Assembly: GCA_008690995.1 (NCBI GenBank) | Contig: VRMN01000001.1 | Span: forward strand, 2,542,001 to 2,606,000 | Length of the DNA stretch: 64,000 nt | Direction: 5' to 3' | From: Porphyridium purpureum | Taxonomy: Eukaryota | Shown here: piece after piece, positions 9,316 to 18,492 of the stretch | How positions within the stretch are numbered: position 1 is the first letter of the stretch | Layout: each line of letters opens with the position of its first letter | Notes under the pieces: model-generated | The model's database searches: none | What the model saw: the letters and a program-made list of their open reading frames with translations, nothing else | Told to the model about the DNA's origin: nothing | Position numbers and translations under genes: made by a program

Positions 9316-12267
9316 CTACAAACTCGATTGCGCCGCAAGAGCCTGGACCGTCGAGGCAGCGCGAGAGCTATGCCGCAACGACGCCGCCCTTGGCGGACCT
9401 GCCATTAAGGCTGCTGCAAATTCCTCATTCGACAGCGCGCCTGTAACAAACTTGGTCAGCTGCGCTTTCAAGAACTCGTAATCCTCAGCAGTCTTGCGCA
9501 ACTCCTTCAATTCAGACATCATGTGCTCTGAGATGACACCGGGCTCCCTACCGTGTGTCGTTTCCGCGTCCGTGTTCAATCGCTGAACGACATGCTTTAG
9601 ACCATCCTCCTTCAGCATCTCTATCGTGATCTCGCGCTGCGCCCTCTTGCGTGACATCTCGCGCTTCAGTCGCAGATTGGACTCGAACTCGATTAAATAG
9701 TACGCCATCAGCTTCACCGCCTCGACAATGAAGAGCCAGATGATCGAGTATGCCCAAGTGATGCCCGCGGCGGCCCAGCCACACCCCACCACAGCTGGGC
9801 CGGCGCCCAGCTGTATCGAATCCAGGTACACCGCCATGAACGTGAGCAAAAATGGCACCACAAACGCCGGCACCAGCAGATAAACGGATGGCCGTCTCTT
9901 GAAATCCAGAAAGAAGCCCTTTGTGCGGGTCGACAGCACGGTCAGAGAAAACGTGATCAACGTATTCAGAAAGAGCGTCGAATTGACTTGCTCCTGCGTG
10001 AGCGAGGCAATGTCGAAATTGTGCCACCAGTTTCCGTACTGAGGCAGAGCCACGTAGGCAAAGATCACCGAATTGATCGTTGAGATGGCGCCCATCAGGA
10101 GCGCGACGACGGTTGGATGTACCATGTTCCACGCTTGCGGAGAGGGCGCAATGGGCACCTTATCCAGGGAGGTGGCCAGGATGACAATATCTTTGAAGAG
10201 CGACACCAGCACGATCAACCAACTGGGGTAGCGAATTCGAAGTGCAACGAAAAGGAGGAAGAAGAAAGCGTAATTGTACGCCGACGCCCAGATGCGGTAC
10301 GTTACGTAAAAGTTGAGCCGCAAAAATGTCTTTCTGGAGCGCTTGATGGCCACAATGATGGTTGATAGACCCGGTTCGGACAAGATGATATCGGCAGCTC
10401 CTTTTGCGGCTTCTGTCGCTCCGGCGACGGCAATCCCGACCTGTGCTTTCTTCAGCGCGGGTGCATCATTCACACCGTCACCCGTCATCCCCACGACGTG
10501 GTTGTTCCTCTGCAGTTGCTCCACAACTGCATACTTGTGTTCTGGGTACACCCCGGCAAATCCGTTAACATTCTCAACCATGGTTGCGAGCTCATCCACA
10601 TTGGACTTGCCGTGCCAAATCTCCGGACCCATGATGCTGGTCCCCAGCCCCAACCGCGCACATGTTTCGATTGCAATGGCCTGTTGGTCGCCTGTGATCA
10701 TCTTCACATCCACAAACAAGTTGTTAGCGGCCTCGATCACCTCCTTGGTATCGTGGCGCGGAGGATCAAACAGGGCGAGAAGGCCTAGCATGTACCAGCT
10801 ACCATCGGAGGAATCACGACGCGCCACGCCAAGATTACGCAGACCGCGGGAAGCATAGCCAACAATGATTTCGTTCACTTCCTGCATCCGCGCAGGGTCC
10901 GAAGCATGGCACAATTTGTTGATCACATCTGGTGAACCCTTGCACACCCCAAAGAGCGCCTGCGTTGGGTCACTTTTGCGATAGACGGTCGCCTCGGCCT
11001 TCTTGTCTGACGGGTTGAAAGGTATGAAGCGCTGCACCACAAAACAGTCTTTGACTGCCAGCAGAATGTCGTTCGGGCATGAGCCAAAAATGGCTGTATC
11101 GATGGCCTCGGCACCTTCACGTTTGGAGGACAGTACGGCTGCCTCATAGAGCTCCTCCAGCGAGAAGCCCTTGGCAATGTATGGCTCATCCAGTTCCAGC
11201 TGATTGAGCGTGAGCGTTCCTGTTTTATCTGAGCACAGCACGTCCATTCCAGCAAGCTCCTCAATGGCAGACAGACGTGTGACAACCGCCTTTTCACGCG
11301 CAAGCTCGCGAGCACCCACAGCAAGAATTGTTGCGATCACTACTGGTAAAGTGACAGGCGCGCCCGCCACCAAAACCACAAAACAGAGCCGTACCGCGTC
11401 GCCAAAGTTCAAGTTTTGCGGCGGCGCGAAAATCAAAATGATGAAGAGCACCGCGCACACCACCATACCACAAAACAGAATCACCATCTGCAGGCGTTTT
11501 GTGAGACGCTGGAGCCGGCCTTCTTCTCGCTCCTCACCTAGCAAAGCCATTGATTTCCCGAACAAAGTATTTGCGCCGATGCTTGTGACTTGAGCTTCCA
11601 GCTCTCCCTGCTTAACCACTGCTCCGGACAGAATATGGTCACCGACGCCACGCGTGACGGCCAGAGCCTCGCCCGTCAATGACGACTCGTCGATCTTGCA
11701 CGGCTCAGAATACTCGTTGCCTCGCAGCATGGCGTCTGCGGGCACCACGACGCCGCCCTTGACCAGGAAGATGTCGCCAGGAACCAACTCGCGCACTTTA
11801 ACGCGTTGCCACTGGTCATCCCGCTTGACATCTATTTCGGGCGCCACGCCGTCTGCGATTTCTGCCATGCTGGCGTTAGTGGAGATCTCGGAGCGCCACG
11901 CGGAGAATACGAGCAAGTTGATTTCGATGAGCAGCAGTGCGAACGAGAGCCACTCTGAGGGCTGAATCGCCGCGGCCAGAATGATCGTGATGAACATAAT
12001 GATTGGGGTGGGCTGCAGGTAGCGCATAAGCAAGTCCAGGTAAATATTTTTCTGCGCAACGATTACCTCATTGTACCCGAATTCGGCGCGCCGCTGCTCG
12101 ACCTGCGCGGTACTCAGTCCGCTTTCAGCCGTCAGCTCCAGCGCCTCCTTTTCCATTGCTCGCATACTGACTGTGACCTCTTTCTCCGAGCCGGCCTGTT
12201 GTTGTTCTGCGGTGGCGGCGACATCATCGGCGGCGTGACTGTGACTACGCCCGTCCGAGCCCTCCAT
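9316..12267 (-). CDS. P-type ATPase, P3A (plasma-membrane H+-ATPase-like), divergent
   Basis: DESSLTGE, AIEELAGMDVLCSDKTGTLTLN, PFNPSDK, KGSP, DPPR, MITGD and GDGVNDAPALK, with about 10 TM segments. Confidence 0.92.
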   Translation of the reverse strand: MEGSDGRSHSHAADDVAATAEQQQAGSEKEVTVSMRAMEKEALELTAESGLSTAQVEQRRAEFGYNEVIVAQKNIYLDLLMRYLQPTPIIMFITIILAAAIQPSEWLSFALLLIEINLLVFSAWRSEISTNASMAEIADGVAPEIDVKRDDQWQRVKVRELVPGDIFLVKGGVVVPADAMLRGNEYSEPCKIDESSLTGEALAVTRGVGDHILSGAVVKQGELEAQVTSIGANTLFGKSMALLGEEREEGRLQRLTKRLQMVILFCGMVVCAVLFIILIFAPPQNLNFGDAVRLCFVVLVAGAPVTLPVVIATILAVGARELAREKAVVTRLSAIEELAGMDVLCSDKTGTLTLNQLELDEPYIAKGFSLEELYEAAVLSSKREGAEAIDTAIFGSCPNDILLAVKDCFVVQRFIPFNPSDKKAEATVYRKSDPTQALFGVCKGSPDVINKLCHASDPARMQEVNEIIVGYASRGLRNLGVARRDSSDGSWYMLGLLALFDPPRHDTKEVIEAANNLFVDVKMITGDQQAIAIETCARLGLGTSIMGPEIWHGKSNVDELATMVENVNGFAGVYPEHKYAVVEQLQRNNHVVGMTGDGVNDAPALKKAQVGIAVAGATEAAKGAADIILSEPGLSTIIVAIKRSRKTFLRLNFYVTYRIWASAYNYAFFFLLFVALRIRYPSWLIVLVSLFKDIVILATSLDKVPIAPSPQAWNMVHPTVVALLMGAISTINSVIFAYVALPQYGNWWHNFDIASLTQEQVNSTLFLNTLITFSLTVLSTRTKGFFLDFKRRPSVYLLVPAFVVPFLLTFMAVYLDSIQLGAGPAVVGCGWAAAGITWAYSIIWLFIVEAVKLMAYYLIEFESNLRLKREMSRKRAQREITIEMLKEDGLKHVVQRLNTDAETTHGREPGVISEHMMSELKELRKTAEDYEFLKAQLTKFVTGALSNEEFAAALMAGPPRAASLRHSSRAASTVQALAAQSSL

Positions 12268-12619
12268 ATCGCCACGTGGCGTCGTCCCCTTGGTGCGGAA
12301 ACCTCTCGTCTTTTGTTCTCACACGTCACTCAAACCCAGAAACTTCGTGTTCGTCGCAACCCCTCTGACACTCCACGTCGAGTCTCAGTTCCGACTCTTG
12401 CTGTGCTAACCTAACTAGTATCTCACCAATCAGCGCAACCTTCCTTGTGGAACAACAGCCATCCACAGAGCCAAAGCAGCCACTTCTCCCTCTCCCATAG
12501 CTGTCCCGCGCGCTCTTTTATATCCATGCGTGTCTGAACTCGACGTACGGATGAGCGTCGCGTGATAGTTAATTTCTCTTCCTCCACGTGGAATTTTAGG
12601 GTTCCGCCCCGAGAGACGC

Positions 12620-13030
12620 CGTAGGGTTTTGAGTACAAAACCCTAGAAAGTTCTATGATGAAAGATTGTTCGAGAAGCGTGATGATCTCGGACCTGCGAA
12701 ATGTTTGTCATTGTCGTTTTGTGTGGCCTTGTGCAAAGGTCAAAGGCCGGCCGAAGCTTCTGGATTCGTTCTTGACGCGCCCTCCCGGCCATTTTCCGGA
12801 TACGTGGCCGGCTGTGGTTGCGAGTTGTGGAACGAATCAAAACCTGTGGTGGAAATTCGTCCTGTTGGAGAAATTTGTTCTCCCGTCCTTGCTGGAAAGA
12901 GCAAGGACGAAGGGTATAAAAGGACGAAGGGGCAAGCTGGTTCCCGGGAATTTCCAGGTCAAGGTAGAAGAAGAGGTAAGGGCAAATAGAATAAAAAGAG
13001 AATTGGTTAGTTGGATTGAGGCAGTCGTTG
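12620..13030 (+). repeat. Older LTR-like sequence related to the young element's LTR, opposite orientation; probably continues after 18497
   Basis: Collinear blocks shared with the reverse complement of the 293-bp LTR: CTAGAAAGTTCTA (12643), GAAATGTTTGTCATTGTC (12698), AAGGGTATAAAAGG (12910), AGAAGAGGTAAG (12969) and ATTGGT. Boundaries are not resolved. Confidence 0.55.
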
Positions 13031-13035
13031 GAAGA

Positions 13036-13328
13036 TGTTACCAATGCTTTGCCTTTTACTCTGCTTCTTCTTACCTCTTCTGTCTCCGAGCAAGACCTGA
13101 CCGGCTAGTCCGGGCAGGCGCGTCGCCTTTTTATACCCTTACTTCCGCTAGGGACAGCAAGGCGCCAAGAGAAATGACAATGCAAACCATTGGCATTTCT
13201 GCGCGCGTCTAGAAGTTTCTGGAACCTCTAGAAGCTTCTAGAAACGGTTAAACGGTCTGACGGTTTAACGGCTTACCGGTTTCGGATTAACCGAACCGTT
13301 CTAGGTGACTGGGGTCGAACGGATAACA
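13036..13328 (-). repeat. 3' LTR
   Basis: Direct repeat of 18200-18492 with one mismatch by eye (GCTTTGCC vs GCTGTGCC). Minus-strand TATA box GGGTATAAAAAGG near 13126-13138. Confidence 0.97.
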
Positions 13329-13342
13329 TCTCCCCCCCTCTT
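13329..13342 (-). other. Polypurine tract (PPT)
   Basis: Minus strand reads AAGAGGGGGGGAGA, directly abutting the 3' LTR. Confidence 0.92.
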
Positions 13343-13447
13343 GGCTCGACGTCTCGGCGAGACTTCAAACTAAGTTGCATTCTTGGCTCGAGGAACCCGC
13401 GCTCCGGGAGAAAACCTCTGCCTAGCAAACTTCTCACAATTCCCAAG

Positions 13448-16400
13448 TCATTCAGAGTCAGACTCTTCGATAATTTTCAACAAGTCTGGCTCAGAATCGG
13501 ACGCTGGCAGGTCGTCGGGTACTTCTTCATCATTTTCCCCTGCCATGTAGTCTTCGCGTCCATAGTATGGCTTCAGATGTTGGATCGGAAAAACATCATG
13601 ACAAGCCACACCCTCGGGCAAAATCACTCGGTAAGCATGCGAGCTTACCTTCTCAATGACAGGCACCGGACCAAGAAACTTTGGTGCCGCCAAATCACTC
13701 TTGTTCGGCCGCAATTGCGGCGCCGTGATCAACACTTGATCACCAACTTGAAACTCCCGGGCATCCTTGCGTCGATCGAAGAACTTCTGCATTCTCCCCT
13801 GGGCTTCGATCAAATTGTCGCGGACTTCTTCATGGACTTTGCACAGGCGAAACCAGTGCTCCGCCATGTCCTTTGTCTGTCCGTCGCGCGCAGGCCTCCA
13901 CCCTTCGCTCGGTGGAAACCAAGGATCCCTTCCATATACCACTTTGAACGGCGCGAATCCAGTGGCACTGCTTGGTGCAGAGTTGTACGCAAACTCGTAC
14001 AACGGCAAGTCTCGCACCCAGCCACTATTCGTCGCCATCAACTTGAGCATTTCCCGAATCACGCGGTTCACTCGCTCAGTTTGGCCATCTGTCTGCGGGT
14101 GGTTGGCGGTAGACATAGCCAACTTCATGCCCACCCGCTTGCTCAACTGCTGCCAAAACGTGGACGTAAACAGCGGATCTCGGTCCGATACAATTGACTT
14201 GGGGTATCCGAAACGGCTCACGACGTGCTTCACGAACAAGTCAGCACAACGCTTTGCTGTCAAGTCCTTGCGCGTCGGGATGAACAGCGCAATCTTCGAA
14301 TAGCGATCCACCACAGTCATAATTGCATCACAGCTGCCTTCGCTCCGAGGCAGCTCCGTCACAAAGTCCATCGAAATGTCGACCCAAGGTCCTTCTGGGA
14401 TCGACAAGGGCTTCAGCTTTCCAAACGACCGATTCTCTGACTTTGTCACTTGGCATGCGTGACAAGTCTTCACAAAACGGCTCACGTCTCGCTTCATCTT
14501 TGGCCAGTAGAAGCGAGTGATCAAAGATGCATACGTCGTGTCGGCTCCACGGTGTCCTGCTGTCGGGATATCGTGGTGGAGCTGCATGACACGCTCTCTG
14601 AACTTCCTCGGCACGCAAACGCGATTCCTCAAGTACAAGAGCCCAGCTTCGGTTCGAAAACCCTGGTGGGTCGGTAAGTCACCCATCAAAGTACCAAAGT
14701 CTGGGTCACTCGAGTACGAACCCACGAATGCCTGGAAACCCGCACCAAATTCATCACACCGAACTTGGTACTCTAGCGCATGTAACTCTGGCTTCCTCGA
14801 CAAAGCATCGGCTACCACGTTCGACTTTCCCTTCACATAGTCGATCGTGATGTCAAACTCGGCTAAAAAGTCCAGCCACCGTGCTTGCCGGCCATTCAGC
14901 TCCTTCTGCGTCATCAAATGTTTCAACGCCTCATGATCTGTATGAAGCACAAACTGTGCTCCGTACAGATAAGGTCGAAACTCTCGCAGACAGTGAATGA
15001 CGGCCATGAGCTCACCTTCATAGCTGCTGTACCTGGTCTCTCGGTCCAGCAGCTTCCTTGACGTAAACGCGACCGGTCTGCCTTCCTGTGCCAGCCATCC
15101 CCCCACCGCGACTTCGGAGCGGTCTGTGTACACCTCGAATGGCTTTTCAGGGTCTGGCAAAGCCAACACCGGCGCTTCCGTCAACATCCCCACAATCTTC
15201 TTGAAGGCCGACTTGCCTTCATCTCCCAGTTCGATCAGCTGCTTCTTCGACTTTGCGTTCTGCAACAGCGAAGTCAGCGGCGCCACGACGGTAGAGTATC
15301 CTTTGGCAAACCTGCGAAACCAGTTTGTCATTCCCAAAAAAGATCTCAACTCCGTCACCGTCTTTGGCACTGGCCAATCTTTCAAAGCTTCCACCTTCCG
15401 TGGATCCATCTTCACACAACCGTTACCGACAATGTTTCCCAGGTATTCGACTTCAGAAACGAAGAAGCTGCATTTCTTGCGCTTCAAACGATACCCTGCC
15501 TTTTGCAAGCGCGACAACACTTCCTTGAGGGCCTCGCTGTGCGACTGCCTATCCTTGGTGAAGACCAAAATATCGTCCAAGTAGACAATGACGGTCTTGT
15601 CCAGCAGATCTGCAAACAGCTCGTTCATGGCCCTCTGAAAAGTTGCCGGCGCGTTGCAAAGACCAAACGGCATCACACGGAACTCGAACTGTCCGTACCT
15701 GGTCTGGAACGCGGTCTTCGGCACATCCTCTCCCCGAACACGCAACTGGTGGTATCCCGATGCCAAATCCAACTTTGAAAAACAGTGAGCTGCGCCCAGT
15801 CGATCCAGCAACTCATCCATGTTCGGCAACGGATACCGGTCCTTCACAGTTGCGTCGTTCAACGCCCGATAATCGACGCACATCCTCATGCTGCCGTCTT
15901 TCTTCTTCACGAACAGCACGGGTGCTCCAAACGGGCTCTGACTCGGCTGGACGAATCCTTTGTCCAGCAAGTCATCCAAAGTCTCTCGGAGGACTTTCAA
16001 CTCCGCAGGGCTCAGTCGGTAGACCCTGCCCACTCTCACAGGCTTCTCATCTTTCAGCCTAATCACATGCTCCACTGTTCGGCTCTCAGGCAGCCCTCGT
16101 GGCTCCTCGAACAGATTTTCGAAATCCTTGAGCATCTTTCTCACAGAGTCAGCGTCTTTGCGCTCCACTGAACAGGGCTCCTCCCTTCCTTTCAGCACGC
16201 CGAGGTAGCACTCTTCTACCTCCTGACTCTTCAACAGCCGACGGAGCTCTTTCCGCGGCACCAGCATCTGCGTCATGCTCCAGGCCTTCTTCTCTCCGTA
16301 GGCCAACATGCCAGACTGCCAATCAATCACTGGGTTCTCCCGCTTCAGCCACTCCATGCCCAGAATTGCGTCTTGTCCCGCAATCCGGCAAATGGCAAAG

Positions 16401-16939
16401 TTAGCGGCCCCTGAGTACCCATCGCTCAGTTCAAACTTGACATTGGAGACCTCTCCGGCTGTTTCCAATACAGACCCATCCGCTAGGGTCACATGATCTC
16501 TCTTCCACGACGCCTTCTGCTTCAGGCCGTCGGATTTCAGCACAAAGTCCACGCTCATAAAGTTGTCCGTCGCGCCACTGTCAATCAAAAACGTGGCCTC
16601 TCCGTCGGACTTGTGCACTTTTCCTCGAACTCGAAGAAGCATGGCAGCTCCCATCCCTCCAAGTTCCTTGATCACGGGCTGATTGGCGCTCGAGTTTCGC
16701 CCACAAGGTGTCGGACAGCCAGACCTTGGCTTACCAAGGCCACCACAGCGGTCTTCATTGCCGCCCCTAGAGGTCTCGTAACGCCTGCGAGCCTCCTTTC
16801 CCTCTGACTGTCCGAGGAACCTCTCTACTCGAGCTCCTCGTTTTTTGACTCCAGCGAGTCTCCCTCCAGCTGCTGGATAGTCTTCCTTGCCTCGGGACAC
16901 TTCCTGGCGATGTGTCCCGGCTTTCCACAATTCCAGCAT
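13448..16939 (-). CDS. pol: Retrotransposon Pol polyprotein (protease, RT, RNase H, integrase), probably expressed by a -1 frameshift from gag
   Basis: LIDSGA protease; RMCVDYRALN, MPFGLCNAP and YLDD reverse transcriptase; TDH and NVVADALSR RNase H; HHCC and DDE integrase. Uninterrupted 1163-aa frame. Confidence 0.97.
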   Translation of the reverse strand: MLELWKAGTHRQEVSRGKEDYPAAGGRLAGVKKRGARVERFLGQSEGKEARRRYETSRGGNEDRCGGLGKPRSGCPTPCGRNSSANQPVIKELGGMGAAMLLRVRGKVHKSDGEATFLIDSGATDNFMSVDFVLKSDGLKQKASWKRDHVTLADGSVLETAGEVSNVKFELSDGYSGAANFAICRIAGQDAILGMEWLKRENPVIDWQSGMLAYGEKKAWSMTQMLVPRKELRRLLKSQEVEECYLGVLKGREEPCSVERKDADSVRKMLKDFENLFEEPRGLPESRTVEHVIRLKDEKPVRVGRVYRLSPAELKVLRETLDDLLDKGFVQPSQSPFGAPVLFVKKKDGSMRMCVDYRALNDATVKDRYPLPNMDELLDRLGAAHCFSKLDLASGYHQLRVRGEDVPKTAFQTRYGQFEFRVMPFGLCNAPATFQRAMNELFADLLDKTVIVYLDDILVFTKDRQSHSEALKEVLSRLQKAGYRLKRKKCSFFVSEVEYLGNIVGNGCVKMDPRKVEALKDWPVPKTVTELRSFLGMTNWFRRFAKGYSTVVAPLTSLLQNAKSKKQLIELGDEGKSAFKKIVGMLTEAPVLALPDPEKPFEVYTDRSEVAVGGWLAQEGRPVAFTSRKLLDRETRYSSYEGELMAVIHCLREFRPYLYGAQFVLHTDHEALKHLMTQKELNGRQARWLDFLAEFDITIDYVKGKSNVVADALSRKPELHALEYQVRCDEFGAGFQAFVGSYSSDPDFGTLMGDLPTHQGFRTEAGLLYLRNRVCVPRKFRERVMQLHHDIPTAGHRGADTTYASLITRFYWPKMKRDVSRFVKTCHACQVTKSENRSFGKLKPLSIPEGPWVDISMDFVTELPRSEGSCDAIMTVVDRYSKIALFIPTRKDLTAKRCADLFVKHVVSRFGYPKSIVSDRDPLFTSTFWQQLSKRVGMKLAMSTANHPQTDGQTERVNRVIREMLKLMATNSGWVRDLPLYEFAYNSAPSSATGFAPFKVVYGRDPWFPPSEGWRPARDGQTKDMAEHWFRLCKVHEEVRDNLIEAQGRMQKFFDRRKDAREFQVGDQVLITAPQLRPNKSDLAAPKFLGPVPVIEKVSSHAYRVILPEGVACHDVFPIQHLKPYYGREDYMAGENDEEVPDDLPASDSEPDLLKIIEESDSE

Positions 16940-17631
16940 TTGAGCTCGCTTCGAACACGCCTCTGACCCTGCACATGTCCCAGCTCCATCGGGACAGGTC
17001 CTTCCTGCGCTGCGCGACCGAAAAATGGCGTCCTCACACTTGAATCACGCACGCCGCGAGTCGCATGAATGGCGTCATCCACGACCACCGCCACCTGCGC
17101 AGCCTCCGCAAACGTACTCACTCCTCGCTTGTAAACTTCCAAGCGGACCTCGGGCTTCAGACCCCTCACAAAGCGGTCCATCATTTCTGCGTCCGACAAG
17201 TCCGGAATCACAAGTGCCGCGTCCTGAAAAGCCGCCACATACGCATGGGCCGGGCCTTTCTGCGAAAGACGCGTCAACTTGTCCCTTGCACGCCTGATCG
17301 AATCCTGCGGCGTGAACCGAGCACTCACGAGGGCAGCAAAATCATTCCACGTCGTGGGGATCTCCTGCGGGTAGCGTTCGCAGTTTAGAACCCACCAATG
17401 AAGCGCCTCTCCCTCGAAATAGTCAGAAGCCAAGTCCACAGCACGCCTCTCCGCAAGCAGACGTTTCTCCAAATCGTCCGGGTGGATGCTCTCCAACAAC
17501 CGGCCCAAGATCTTCTTTCTCGCCTGGAACAACCACGTCTTCACAACCAGAAGGTCCCTCTTCCCGTCGAACCTCATCAGACGGGCCTCCTTCGGGCCAC
17601 GTGGTCCCAGCGTCTCCGAATCAATCTCCAT
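16825..17631 (-). CDS. gag: Retrotransposon Gag
   Basis: Retrotrans_gag-like ALHWW..TWNDF..RF..ARDKLTRLSQ..FVRGLKPEVR, plus the CCHC knuckle CWNCGKPGHIARKC. First ATG at 17631. Confidence 0.95.
   Translation of the reverse strand: MEIDSETLGPRGPKEARLMRFDGKRDLLVVKTWLFQARKKILGRLLESIHPDDLEKRLLAERRAVDLASDYFEGEALHWWVLNCERYPQEIPTTWNDFAALVSARFTPQDSIRRARDKLTRLSQKGPAHAYVAAFQDAALVIPDLSDAEMMDRFVRGLKPEVRLEVYKRGVSTFAEAAQVAVVVDDAIHATRGVRDSSVRTPFFGRAAQEGPVPMELGHVQGQRRVRSELKCWNCGKPGHIARKCPEARKTIQQLEGDSLESKNEELE
16840..16846 (-). promoter_or_regulatory. Candidate -1 programmed frameshift heptamer A_AAA_AAC
   Basis: The gag frame reads TCA AAA AAC shortly before the gag stop, and pol is in the -1 frame. Confidence 0.75.
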
Positions 17632-18185
17632 GCTCTCTGGACACAAGCACGCTCAACGATCACGACAACACGAACAGCAAGCCTCCGATGCTCACTTTCT
17701 CCAACAGCTGCGCGCACCACAAACGGGGCTCGGTCGCCCTCACGACCACAAATCGACACACGAAGCGGTCCTCTCACTCACACACACGCACAGCAACCCT
17801 CTCACGCACACACAACAAAGCACACAGCAATCCTCCTCTGTTGCGCTGGATGGGGAGCGGCCCGGGCCTTTGCACTGGGGCGGGGATTATAGATGCGATC
17901 TTATATGGAGGTGTTCGGCGCCTACCTTCGCAAAGGTGGTCGTGCGACACTAGGATGAATCCTAGTGAAGGCTGACCGTTACGGCTCTTGCCTACTAATA
18001 CGTGCTAAGGCAGAGAGCGAGTCCGCCGTCAAGGCCTAGGCCTATCGTACAGCCAAGACTGAGACCCGCTTCCACCCGTCGCACCCTCCGGATCGACTTA
18101 CTCGAACCCCCTTACCCGCAGACTCTCCCACCCAGGCAACCCCAGAGAAACTCTAAGAGAACCTTAGAGCAACCCCAGGTAACCA

Positions 18186-18197
18186 GCGATGATACCA
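18186..18197 (-). other. Primer binding site, initiator-Met-like
   Basis: TGGTATCATCGC lies 2 nt after the 5' LTR. Confidence 0.8.
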
Positions 18198-18199
18198 AA

Positions 18200-18492
18200 T
18201 GTTACCAATGCTGTGCCTTTTACTCTGCTTCTTCTTACCTCTTCTGTCTCCGAGCAAGACCTGACCGGCTAGTCCGGGCAGGCGCGTCGCCTTTTTATAC
18301 CCTTACTTCCGCTAGGGACAGCAAGGCGCCAAGAGAAATGACAATGCAAACCATTGGCATTTCTGCGCGCGTCTAGAAGTTTCTGGAACCTCTAGAAGCT
18401 TCTAGAAACGGTTAAACGGTCTGACGGTTTAACGGCTTACCGGTTTCGGATTAACCGAACCGTTCTAGGTGACTGGGGTCGAACGGATAACA
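18200..18492 (-). repeat. 5' LTR
   Basis: Direct repeat of 13036-13328, adjacent to the PBS. Confidence 0.97.

Larger units (their letters stand above)
13036..18492 (-). mobile_element. Intact Ty3/gypsy (chromovirus-like) LTR retrotransposon
   Basis: Two 293-bp LTRs (TGTTA...TAACA), 5-bp TSD GAAGA at 13031-13035 and 18493-18497, PBS, PPT, gag and pol in PR-RT-RH-IN order. Confidence 0.98.

Noticed and set aside
13343..13447. Possible chromodomain by read-through after the pol stop
   Set aside because: The in-frame continuation is short, hits another stop and has no chromodomain residues.
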